DNA of 64,000 bases, taken from contig CBDFJF010000002.1 in the NCBI GenBank assembly GCA_965248265.1, positions 2,513,214-2,577,213 of the forward strand, in the 5' to 3' direction. This stretch comes from Candidatus Latescibacterota bacterium (lineage in GTDB: Bacteria; Latescibacterota; UBA2968; UBA8231). The notes beneath the pieces were generated by a model. It had not been told where the DNA came from. It did not search any database and saw only the letters and a program-made list of their open reading frames with translations. Position 1 is the stretch's first letter; each line of letters begins with the position of its first letter. The position numbers were made by a program, and so were the translations under genes. Below are positions 45,865-53,842 of this stretch, piece by piece.

Positions 45865-48284
45865 GCGTTTGTGGAGGAGGGTAGGTCGAGCAGCATCTGC
45901 TCGGTTTTTCTCGCCTGTTCGACAGATCCCACATCCCGGAAAAGAGTAGAGGACTCCCTCAGATGTGATCGGGCCGCCTCGAGATCGCCTTGTTCATGTC
46001 TCAAGAGGCCGATCTCGCGTGTGCACTCGGCCAGAGTCAGCCTGTCACCTTGGACCTGCAACCCAAAGCGGGCTTGTCCGAGCAGCTCAACGGCGCGGGG
46101 ATACTGCTGCTGGTTGCGATAAATCATGCCTTCCACCAGGTCGCATTGCGTCATGCCTTTGGCGTAGCCCATGGTTTCCATCGAGTTCCGCGCAGCGCGA
46201 CAGGCGGCGTCAGCGGCGCTGTAATCGCCCAGATTCAGGTGCGTTCGAGCCTCGTGTACCTGGCCGAGGGCTACCAGGTCCGTGGCTCCAAGTTGGCGGG
46301 CCAAGCCCACGCTTTCTGTGTAGCAGCGCAACGCCTCCTTCCACCGTCCCTGGTCTTGCTGGCTTGCTCCGAGTCCGGCGTAGGATTCGCAGATCCCGTA
46401 GCCGTCCCCCGACCTGCGCCGCGACCGCAGGGCTCGCATGTGATAGAGGGTGGCTTCGAGATGCTTGCCTTCCAGTCCAGAAAGGACGCCAAACTGCTGG
46501 CGGATCAAGGCACGCAGACGCCCATCGTCACCGGAGCCGGCCAACTGGCGGGCCTGCGCGAAATACCGGCGCGCCTCTTCGCGACGCGAAAGTGATAGCG
46601 TAGACAACCCGAACCGCACGTACAGCTCGGCCATGACGGATGGTTCGCCCAGCGGTTCGAGTGTGTCCAGGGCCTCGCGGTTCAGCTGTAGAGCTTCTTC
46701 CGGGTCCCCTTGGCGCAGTCTCAAGGAAGCCAGCTGCATCAGGGCCTTGCCGATCATGAGCGCATGTTGTTCCGGATGCGAGATGCGTAGGACCTCGCGG
46801 CAGCGTTGCGCCGACTGCGTCCATTCACCCATGTGCTCGTCGACCTGTGCCAGCACGAGCAGAATGCCCGGCTTTCTGATTCGAGTCTGCTCGGCTTCGA
46901 GAAACTCACAGGTTTCGAGGGCGGCTTCGTAGAGACGCCGGGTCGCGAGGTAGTCGCACGCGGCAAAGGCCCGCTGTCCCGACGTGATCAGATAGGGCAG
47001 CGCGCGAATGGATCTGTCACTGCGGAAGAAGTGAAATGCCAGCGATTCGATCTCGCGTGGCACTCGCCTTTCCAGCAGCTCAGCGATGCGGCGGTGAACA
47101 CGTTTTCTCTCGGCCGGCGGCAGCAGCTCATACAGGGTCTCGGCCAGGATGCCGTGGGCAAACTGGAACTGCCGTTCGGTCGATTCGATGACATGGAAAC
47201 GGCGCTCGATGCGGCCGAGGGTGTGCAGAACCTCCACAGTTGGGCGCCGCAGCACTGAGGCCAACAGCAGGCTTTCGAAACGCTGACCCTGTACGGCTGC
47301 ACGACTCAGAAGGGACTGATATTCACTTGGCAGACCCTGCACTCGCTGGCGCACGAGCTCACGTACCGAGTGAGCCACCGGCAAATCCTCGACCCGCCGA
47401 TTTCTCCAGATGCCCCGCTGGCGGTAGATGATGCCACGATCTCTCAGGAACTCCAGGCATTGCAGGACAAACAGAGGGGATCCCCCCGTCTTCGCGTGAA
47501 GCTGGCCGACGAGATCCTGGGTGAAGTCCGCAGGCGCGAAGCAGGAATCGGCCAGCGCTCTGGTCTCGCGCAGGGAGAGGGGTCCCAGGTTCAGCAGCTC
47601 GGTCTTGGACTCGGAGCACAGGTGTAGGACGAGTCTGTTCGGTCGCTGCCAGCGACCCTGCTCGTCCGCGTGTCCGCCAGTCTGATACGCACCGACCACA
47701 AGAATCGGCATCTGATGGACCTGCTGTGCGAGCTGGCGCAGCAGCAGGAGTGCTGGCCAGTCCGCCAGATGCAAGTCGTCGATGAAGAGGACGAGGGGAC
47801 GGTCTTCCGCCACCGCGAGCAACAGGGATCGGACTCGGACAACGAAGAGCGCGCGCCGCATTTCGGCATCGCCGTCGTCCTCCTCGGAGGTGACCTCTCC
47901 TTCACCGGAGAACAGGAACGGCCAAAGATGTGGTGCGAACTGCTCCACCGCGTCGCGCAGAGCTCGCTGTCCAGAGTCAGGAGCCTCGTGATCCAAGCCC
48001 TTCAGGATCTCGATGAGGCAGCCATAGGCGATCTCAGGGCCCGCTGGATCACCCCCGCCAGCGAGGTAGGGCATGCCGCACCTGTGAGCGATGCGACCCA
48101 CTTCGGCAGCGAGTCGGCTCTTCCCTGATCCATCTTCGCCGGCGATCAGCACCATCGATCCGCGTCCCGCTGCGGCGGCGGCCATTTTCTGGCGCAGCAG
48201 CGCAAGATCAGCGTCTCGGCCTATGAGGTCAGACTCTATTCGACTCCCAGGACCACCACTCACCATAGCTTTCCTCCAGGCCAC
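45861..48284 (-). CDS. AAA_16/STAND NTPase with C-terminal TPR repeats (no recognisable effector domain)
   Basis: 807 aa. LIGRDADL…LIAGEDGSGKSRL P-loop, LVLFIDDLHLADW Walker B, and TPR-like repeats to the C-terminus. ATGA overlap with the kinase gene. Confidence 0.8.
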   Translation of the reverse strand: MAWRKAMVSGGPGSRIESDLIGRDADLALLRQKMAAAAAGRGSMVLIAGEDGSGKSRLAAEVGRIAHRCGMPYLAGGGDPAGPEIAYGCLIEILKGLDHEAPDSGQRALRDAVEQFAPHLWPFLFSGEGEVTSEEDDGDAEMRRALFVVRVRSLLLAVAEDRPLVLFIDDLHLADWPALLLLRQLAQQVHQMPILVVGAYQTGGHADEQGRWQRPNRLVLHLCSESKTELLNLGPLSLRETRALADSCFAPADFTQDLVGQLHAKTGGSPLFVLQCLEFLRDRGIIYRQRGIWRNRRVEDLPVAHSVRELVRQRVQGLPSEYQSLLSRAAVQGQRFESLLLASVLRRPTVEVLHTLGRIERRFHVIESTERQFQFAHGILAETLYELLPPAERKRVHRRIAELLERRVPREIESLAFHFFRSDRSIRALPYLITSGQRAFAACDYLATRRLYEAALETCEFLEAEQTRIRKPGILLVLAQVDEHMGEWTQSAQRCREVLRISHPEQHALMIGKALMQLASLRLRQGDPEEALQLNREALDTLEPLGEPSVMAELYVRFGLSTLSLSRREEARRYFAQARQLAGSGDDGRLRALIRQQFGVLSGLEGKHLEATLYHMRALRSRRRSGDGYGICESYAGLGASQQDQGRWKEALRCYTESVGLARQLGATDLVALGQVHEARTHLNLGDYSAADAACRAARNSMETMGYAKGMTQCDLVEGMIYRNQQQYPRAVELLGQARFGLQVQGDRLTLAECTREIGLLRHEQGDLEAARSHLRESSTLFRDVGSVEQARKTEQMLLDLPSSTNA

Positions 48285-48313
48285 TCAAGCCCATGCCGTC
48301 ACACAGCCAAGAT

Positions 48314-49045
48314 TTACAATGCATATGAGGAGTTGCGAAGCCCGTATCGGGAAAAGTGCGGGACCTCGATTACAATGGTCACGGACTCGAATGACGCCGA
48401 CCCGTCGTCATCGTCATCATCGTCGTCGCCATCGTCATCATCACCATCGTCATCACCGTCATCGCCATCGTCATCGTCATCACCGTGGGTTTCGATGGAA
48501 ATGATGTTGGTTTCCCCGATTTGGCCGTCATCCGAGACAACCAGAGCCCGGAGCGTGGACGGATCCATGTCCACCAATTCGGCGTCGAGCTCGATCTCCA
48601 AATAGGGGCTGGGGGCCTCTTCGACAAACCAATAGGGCGACGGTCCCAGCTCGACGACGAGCAGGCTGAGGGGCGCTGGTCGCACCGCCATCCTGATGCG
48701 CACAGCCTCGGTGACTGCGCCCTCCGGGATCACCAGTTTCAGGCTGAGATCATCATCCTCGATCTTGAGCCGTGTTTTCTCATCAGGCTCGGCGACCTTC
48801 GATGTCGAGAGCCAGTCGCCGTCATCATCATCGTCATCATCCATGGCCTTGGCGGCGACGGGCGACTGCGGCGAGAACACGAGGTATACCTTGCCGTCAG
48901 GCGATGATGGTCCAACGGCATCGGTATCGGAGGATGTGGGCGGGTGCTCGACCCCGCAGCCCAAGGCGGCGATGGCGAGAGACAGCCCGACCACAATGAA
49001 CGGTGCAGTCAGTAGAGTTCGGATGCGCTGTGCGAACGGAACCAT
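48314..49045 (-). CDS. Lipoprotein with two poly-Asp/Gly tracts
   Basis: Start at ATG 49045 (MVPFAQRIRTLLTAPFIVVGLSLAIAALGC, lipobox LGC). Tracts DDDDDDGDW and HGDDDDDGDDGDDDGDDDDGDDDDDDDDG are encoded by the GA(C/T)-rich run at 48400-48480. Confidence 0.65.
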   Translation of the reverse strand: MVPFAQRIRTLLTAPFIVVGLSLAIAALGCGVEHPPTSSDTDAVGPSSPDGKVYLVFSPQSPVAAKAMDDDDDDDGDWLSTSKVAEPDEKTRLKIEDDDLSLKLVIPEGAVTEAVRIRMAVRPAPLSLLVVELGPSPYWFVEEAPSPYLEIELDAELVDMDPSTLRALVVSDDGQIGETNIISIETHGDDDDDGDDGDDDGDDDDGDDDDDDDDGSASFESVTIVIEVPHFSRYGLRNSSYAL

Positions 49046-49273
49046 AGGGGGAAAGCTCCTTTTCAAAAGGGGAAGCTCCTTTTCGAGCGAGACTGTCCAA
49101 GCATCACATGGCAAGAACCATACCAATGCTGAACTTGCTCATCGTCTACGATTCAGCTTGGAAAAAACATAGACAAATCAACGGGTTATGACCATTATTT
49201 AAAGGAGGAGGAACACCGGTTAGCGGATCTGTATACTGGGGAATAATCCCCAGTGGGCACTATTCCCCAGTTT

Positions 49274-49651
49274 TCACGCCGTGAACTTCATTAGAATGTG
49301 CCCCATTTTGAGCAGATCATCGTCTTGCAGCCGGGTGATCGCCGAGATTCGCTCTCCATTCACGAAGGTGCCGTTCGTGCTGTTGAGGTCTTCCACCCAG
49401 AAACACCCGTCGTCGTAAGTGATCCTGGCATGGCGGGAGGACACCTCCTCGTCGTCGACGACGAGGTCATTGGCTCCGTCACGGCCGATGGTTCGGGCGC
49501 TGTCCCCGACTAGGTACTCGCGGTTACCCTCGTCTCCCAGCAAAATGAGCCGCCCGACGATGAACGGGTCCTCCGCAAGCTTGTTGCCGCAGAACGTGCA
49601 GAAGGCGTTGTCGTTCTTGTTCTGATTGCCACAATTCGTGCACAGAATCAT
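49274..49651 (-). CDS. Zinc-ribbon plus FHA domain protein
   Basis: 125 aa. CTNCGN…FCTFCG zinc ribbon followed by FHA motifs RTIGRDGANDLVVDD..VSSRHARI…DLNSTNGTFVNG. Confidence 0.85.
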   Translation of the reverse strand: MILCTNCGNQNKNDNAFCTFCGNKLAEDPFIVGRLILLGDEGNREYLVGDSARTIGRDGANDLVVDDEEVSSRHARITYDDGCFWVEDLNSTNGTFVNGERISAITRLQDDDLLKMGHILMKFTA

Positions 49652-49932
49652 GATCCGAGTCGCGCTTTCGCCTCCTCGATGCGCTCCAGTAGAGCGTCGT
49701 TTCCAGGATCTCTCTCCAATGCTTTCTGCCAGGTCTCCAACGCCTCGCTGTACTGCTCCTGTTTGAAGTAGACGAGGCCGAGGTTGTAATAGATATCCAC
49801 TAGATCCAGGGATTTCTGTGTGCGGGCGCCACTATCCATGTATCCGACCTCGTCGGACAAGCGCTCACCGCACTGCCCGCAGTAGTGGTCCCCATCCGCG
49901 TGGGGTGCTCGACAATTGGCACACTCTGGCAT
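49648..49932 (-). CDS. Zinc-ribbon plus TPR protein
   Basis: 94 aa. CANCRAP…YCGQCG followed by one TPR-like unit YYNLGLVYFKQEQYSEALETWQKALERDPGN. Confidence 0.7.
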   Translation of the reverse strand: MPECANCRAPHADGDHYCGQCGERLSDEVGYMDSGARTQKSLDLVDIYYNLGLVYFKQEQYSEALETWQKALERDPGNDALLERIEEAKARLGS

Positions 49933-50489
49933 CAGGCCGCCGCCAGGTCAAAACCGCAGCTGCCGCAGAAACGATCGCCCGGGTCGTACGGCTCAGCGCA
50001 TTCGCTGCAGGTCAGCTCGCGTTGCAAAGCGCCCCCGCACTGACGGCAGAAGTGGTCGTCGGACTGAGACGGTGTGCCGCACTGAGGGCAATAGCGAAAT
50101 CGGCTGACCTCTTCACCCTCCAGCACGCGACGCAGCTCATCCATCAGACGCTTGACCTCGAAAGGTTTGGCGATTATGCCGCATATCCCGAGCTCGATCA
50201 GCGGGCCGATGCGATCTTCGTGCAGGTAACCGGACACGATGATCGTGGGCGGGATCGGCAAGTTCCTGCGTTTCAGGTGGGCCAGCAGGTGGTCCCCGTG
50301 CGGCCCCGGCATGTGCAGGTCCAGGAGCATGGCGTCAATCTGCTCCTCGACGATGGCGGAGGCAGCACGCGTCGCGCGCTCTACCGACAGACTCCGGTAA
50401 CCCATGCGTTCGACGATCCTCTGGATGGTATCCCGCACCGTCTTGTCATTGTCCACGATGAGGACGGTTTTCTCGCGCGTTCCATTCAT
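49932..50489 (-). CDS. Response-regulator receiver domain fused to a C-terminal double zinc ribbon
   Basis: 185 aa. REC motifs VLIVDND…, DAMLLDLHMPG and AKPF, then CPQCG…FCRQCG…CSEC…FCGSCG. Confidence 0.85.
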   Translation of the reverse strand: MNGTREKTVLIVDNDKTVRDTIQRIVERMGYRSLSVERATRAASAIVEEQIDAMLLDLHMPGPHGDHLLAHLKRRNLPIPPTIIVSGYLHEDRIGPLIELGICGIIAKPFEVKRLMDELRRVLEGEEVSRFRYCPQCGTPSQSDDHFCRQCGGALQRELTCSECAEPYDPGDRFCGSCGFDLAAA

Positions 50490-51523
50490 GGTGCTGAAGA
50501 TGGATTCTCGTGCTCTCTCGATAGCTCGTGGTCGAGGGGCAAGAGCAGTCGGAAGCTCGTGCCGGCGCCCGCCTTCGTCGCCACCAGGATGTCTCCTTCG
50601 TGGTCCTCCGCTATCTTGCGACAGATCGCCAGTCCCAGACCGGTACCCCGGTCCTCATCTTTCGTACTGAAAAAGGCATCGAAAATCGAATCGAGTGCCG
50701 TCGAGTCGATGCCGGGACCATCATCGCTCACCGCCATGAACAAGCAATCGCCTTCTGGAGTCTCGTCGCCGTCGACAGCGAGCCGAACCTGTTGGCCAGA
50801 GGCGCGCTCCGACTGAATCAGAGCAGGAATGCTGGAGATGCCGGTCTCGACATGGATATGGACGGATCCTCTTCGGTCGACCGCGTCCATGGCGTTGGTC
50901 AGCAGATTTGTCAGGACCTGCTCCATCTGCGCGGGGTAAGCCCGGACCATAGGCAGGTCCGCGGCCAGCGTCGAGTCCACGGTCGCCCGTTTCATCAGCG
51001 GGCCCAGAAATTCGAGCGTTTCCGAGACGATCTGATTCAGGTCGACGGAGTGAAGCTCGCTGGCGCTGCGTCTGGAGAAGCGCAGGACATTTCTCGTGAG
51101 CCGACCCAACCTCTGGCCGGCCTCGATGATCATCCGCACCTCCGCCTCATCGACCGGCTCGCCCGCCCTCATCAGGATCATCTCCGCCTGGCCGACGACG
51201 ACCGAGAGCGGGCTGTTGATCTCGTGCACGATGGCAGCCGCCATCTGTCCCATGGCGCTCATGCGCTCGGACCGCAGCAGCATGCGTTGCGTGTCGTGCA
51301 GCTGCTCATGGGCTTCGCGCAGCTCACTCAGCTGGGCCTGGAGCTGGTCGTTTTTCCTGCGCAACTCATCGTAGGCGAGGTGCGTCTCGTGGCCGGCGAA
51401 CTGCAGCACTTTCTCCATCTGCTGATAAGCCATGGCCAGCTCCTGGAGCAGGTGTGCATTGTCTCCTCGAAGGGCCAGCAGTTCGTCGCTGCCGTTATGG
51501 TCTTGCACGGTTTGCCGTCTCAA
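50486..51523 (-). CDS. Cytoplasmic histidine kinase (coiled coil, HisKA, HATPase_c)
   Basis: 345 aa with no TM segment. H-box MGQMAAAIVHEINSPLSVV, N-box LTNLLTNAMDA and G-boxes DDGPGI / GTGLGLAI. Confidence 0.85.
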   Translation of the reverse strand: MRRQTVQDHNGSDELLALRGDNAHLLQELAMAYQQMEKVLQFAGHETHLAYDELRRKNDQLQAQLSELREAHEQLHDTQRMLLRSERMSAMGQMAAAIVHEINSPLSVVVGQAEMILMRAGEPVDEAEVRMIIEAGQRLGRLTRNVLRFSRRSASELHSVDLNQIVSETLEFLGPLMKRATVDSTLAADLPMVRAYPAQMEQVLTNLLTNAMDAVDRRGSVHIHVETGISSIPALIQSERASGQQVRLAVDGDETPEGDCLFMAVSDDGPGIDSTALDSIFDAFFSTKDEDRGTGLGLAICRKIAEDHEGDILVATKAGAGTSFRLLLPLDHELSREHENPSSAP

Positions 51524-52899
51524 TCCCCGGAATTCAGGTCGTATTTGGCCATGCGATAGCGGATCTTGTCGCGGCTGACGTGCAGCAGGTTCGCCGCCCG
51601 GCTGACGTTGCCGTCGGTGTGCTCGAGCGCGGCATCGACAACCTGACGCTCGATCTCTTCCAGCGGAATTCCTTCAGGAGGGAAGGCAATCGACACACGC
51701 CCATCTTCCCCAAACTTCAGCTCCTCACCCGCGGCAGTGCGCTTCGATCGGCGATCGATGATCAGGTCATCGGCTTGAATGATATTTCTGTCGGCCATGA
51801 CCACGGCCCGTTCGATGACGTTACGCAACTCACGCACATTGCCTGGCAGGGAATAGGACATCAGAAGCTGCCGCGCATCTTCCGCCAGGCGTCGGGGAGG
51901 TGTCCCGTGCAGGGAAGAGTAGAGGTCGAGGAAATGCTCCGCGATCATCAACACATCTTCTCCCCGCAGGCGCAACGGCGGCAGTATGAGCGGCACAACG
52001 TTGAGCCTGTAATACAGATCCTCGCGAAAGTGCCCCTCCTTCACGCGCGCTTCGAGGTCCTCATTGGTCGCGGCGAGGAAGCGCACGGAGATCTCGATCT
52101 CCTCCGTTCCGCCAACGCGGCGGATTCGCTGCGTTTCCAGCACGTGCAGGAGTTTGGCCTGCAGGTGCGAGGGCAGGAGCCCGATTTCGTCGAAAAAGAG
52201 GGTGCCGTCGTGAGCTGTTTCGACCAGTCCCTGCTTCATCGTCTTGGCATCCGTGAACGCGCCCCGTTCATGGCCGAACAGCTCCGACTCGAGCAGGTTG
52301 CCAGGGATATTGGTGCAGTCGACGGTGACGAACGGGTTGTCGCCAAACGGGCTCAGCATGTGAATGGCGCGGGCGATGACCTCTTTGCCGGTGCCGCTTT
52401 CCCCCCGGATCAGCACCGTCGCCGTCGTCGCCGCCACCTTGTGCACCATCCGGTAGACCTCCTGCATGACCGGACTGTGGCCTATCACGCCTTCCAGTTC
52501 CCGGAATCCCGCCGTCGAGCCGGGCTCGTCGAGGAGATGGTCGATCAGGACGCGGAGCTCGGGCAGTGGAGTGGGTTTGGTCAGGTAGTTCTCCGCCCCG
52601 AGCTTCATGGCTTCGACGACTGTGTCGACATCACTGTAGGAGCTCATGATGACGACCCTGCAGCGCGGGGCTCTGCGTTTGAACAGGCGCAAGAGGTCGA
52701 GTCCGTCACCGTCCGGCAACTTGAGATCCATAATGACGACTTGCGGTTCGATGTCGTCGAACTGGATGATCGACTCTCGCGCCGAGCGCGCGCCGTGGGC
52801 TGGAAAACCACACTCGCTTATGAACTTGGTGAGGACGTCACACAGCTGCGGATCATCCTCCACCACCATCACTTTGCCGGGCATTTTCCCTCGAAACAC
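51520..52899 (-). CDS. NtrC-family sigma-54-dependent response regulator (REC, AAA+, Fis-type HTH)
   Basis: 459 aa. REC (VMVVEDD…VIMDLKLPDG), Walker A GESGTGKE, the sigma-54 interaction loop reading GAFTDA (consensus GAFTGA), Walker B LFFDEIG and a C-terminal HTH (NVSRAANLLHVSRDKIRYRM). Confidence 0.9.
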   Translation of the reverse strand: MFRGKMPGKVMVVEDDPQLCDVLTKFISECGFPAHGARSARESIIQFDDIEPQVVIMDLKLPDGDGLDLLRLFKRRAPRCRVVIMSSYSDVDTVVEAMKLGAENYLTKPTPLPELRVLIDHLLDEPGSTAGFRELEGVIGHSPVMQEVYRMVHKVAATTATVLIRGESGTGKEVIARAIHMLSPFGDNPFVTVDCTNIPGNLLESELFGHERGAFTDAKTMKQGLVETAHDGTLFFDEIGLLPSHLQAKLLHVLETQRIRRVGGTEEIEISVRFLAATNEDLEARVKEGHFREDLYYRLNVVPLILPPLRLRGEDVLMIAEHFLDLYSSLHGTPPRRLAEDARQLLMSYSLPGNVRELRNVIERAVVMADRNIIQADDLIIDRRSKRTAAGEELKFGEDGRVSIAFPPEGIPLEEIERQVVDAALEHTDGNVSRAANLLHVSRDKIRYRMAKYDLNSGD

Positions 52900-53028
52900 T
52901 CAGATGAGGTACCCTAACCCTCGTGCTGTTTGAACATAAGTTAACTGATCGCACATGGATCGGACAGAAAACAGTCGTGGTCGCCGCGAACTGACAAAAA
53001 CCACGCAATTCTGTAACAGTAAAGCGGT

Positions 53029-53126
53029 ACGGATTAAGAACGATAGGGGGACCATTATACATAGTTAACATTGCTTGGGGCTTGGTGTCGAGTGGAGTTT
53101 GGAGCTTTTGTGAGGGGCCGGATGCG
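53029..53126. repeat. Non-coding module B, copy 2 (with a 24-nt insertion)
   Basis: See 36454-36520. Lies between the divergent NtrC-type operon (start 52899) and the sigma-54 promoter (53248). Confidence 0.8.
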
Positions 53127-53247
53127 ATTGGTCTTGTGGTTGAGCACCCAGCTGGTTGTCAAATGACCGCACGGCCTCAACCATGGGTTACCGCCGCGAT
53201 CTGGGCAACTCTATGGGAGACAAGGAACTCTCATTTCGACATGTTGC

Positions 53248-53263
53248 GGGCACGCCGTTTGCC
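53248..53263 (+). promoter_or_regulatory. Sigma-54 (-24/-12) promoter
   Basis: GGGCACG-CCGT-TTGCC versus consensus TGGCACG-N4-TTGCW. The invariant GG (53249-50) and GC (53261-62) are at exact spacing. It lies 65 nt upstream of ATG 53328. Confidence 0.55.
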
Positions 53264-53327
53264 ATTGCATGACCATCGACAGAACACGGTCGCTCGGAAA
53301 CCGCGTTTCTTCAGAAAGGTGGCCATC

Positions 53328-53684
53328 ATGTATAGCGAATCGGTCTGCGGCCTGATTGCCCTGGTACTGTGGGCACTCGCCATCGTCGCGCGAGTCGGCA
53401 GTGTGAGGCTGACGGCCGCCGCCAGACGTCATCTGCACCTGCTGGAACAGCGCAAGGTCGCATTGGCGAAAACACTGCTGGCGCTGCGTGGAGAAAGGGA
53501 GCTGCTCGACCGAAATCAGGCGCGGGCGAGCCTGGACCATTCGGCGGCATGTGAGGATGTGGCCTTGTTGCGTGGACAACTCGAGGAGCTGCGACAGGGA
53601 ACCCAACGGCGCAATGACAGGATCGCGCGCCGCATCGCCACGCAACACCATGTGTGCCCCCAACAGATCGAAGCAGTCCCCTAA
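53328..53684 (+). CDS. Small (118 aa) single-pass membrane protein with a coiled-coil tail; hypothetical
   Basis: ATG preceded by an AAAGGTGG SD. MYSESVCGLIALVLWALAIVARVG (TM) is followed by a Leu/Arg/Glu/Gln-rich heptad-like sequence. Third codon positions are G/C-rich like the real genes here. The upstream part of track ORF 53082-53684 would precede the predicted transcription start. Confidence 0.5.
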   Translation: MYSESVCGLIALVLWALAIVARVGSVRLTAAARRHLHLLEQRKVALAKTLLALRGERELLDRNQARASLDHSAACEDVALLRGQLEELRQGTQRRNDRIARRIATQHHVCPQQIEAVP

Positions 53685-53685
53685 G

Positions 53686-53757
53686 CATTCAGAAGTTTCG
53701 GTCGGAATCGGATGGCTGTCATCAAACACAGCCATCTGCGCTGCATCCTCGACGGAT
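53686..53757. repeat. Non-coding module A, copy 2 (hairpin at 53711-53736)
   Basis: See 36382-36453. Begins 2 nt after the stop codon of the small ORF. Confidence 0.85.
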
Positions 53758-53786
53758 CCTTGTAGCTCAGGCAGGGGAAACCGGTC

Positions 53787-53820
53787 GCCGGGACGCCACC
53801 CGCGAGAGTGGCATCCCGGC
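53787..53820. terminator. Strong hairpin between convergent genes (13-bp stem GCCGGGACGCCAC / GTGGCATCCCGGC, 8-nt loop)
   Basis: Located between the small + strand ORF with module A and the stop of the minus-strand EF-hand gene (53843). One G-U pair, and no clear U-tract on either strand. Confidence 0.45.
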
Positions 53821-53842
53821 AACCAGCTGAGGGAGGGATGTT

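Noticed and set aside
48400-48480. GTC/ATC-rich periodic DNA that could be mistaken for a microsatellite or CRISPR-like repeat.
   Set aside because: It is the coding sequence, on the reverse strand, of the poly-Asp/Gly tract of the lipoprotein. There is no repeat-spacer structure.
53211-53822. Minus-strand ORFs (203 aa and 120 aa) opposite the small sigma-54-driven gene.
   Set aside because: Their products are Arg/Pro/Ala-rich with no motifs or SD. The plus-strand ORF has an SD, a TM helix, a coiled coil and a matching promoter. Confidence in the plus-strand gene is still only moderate.
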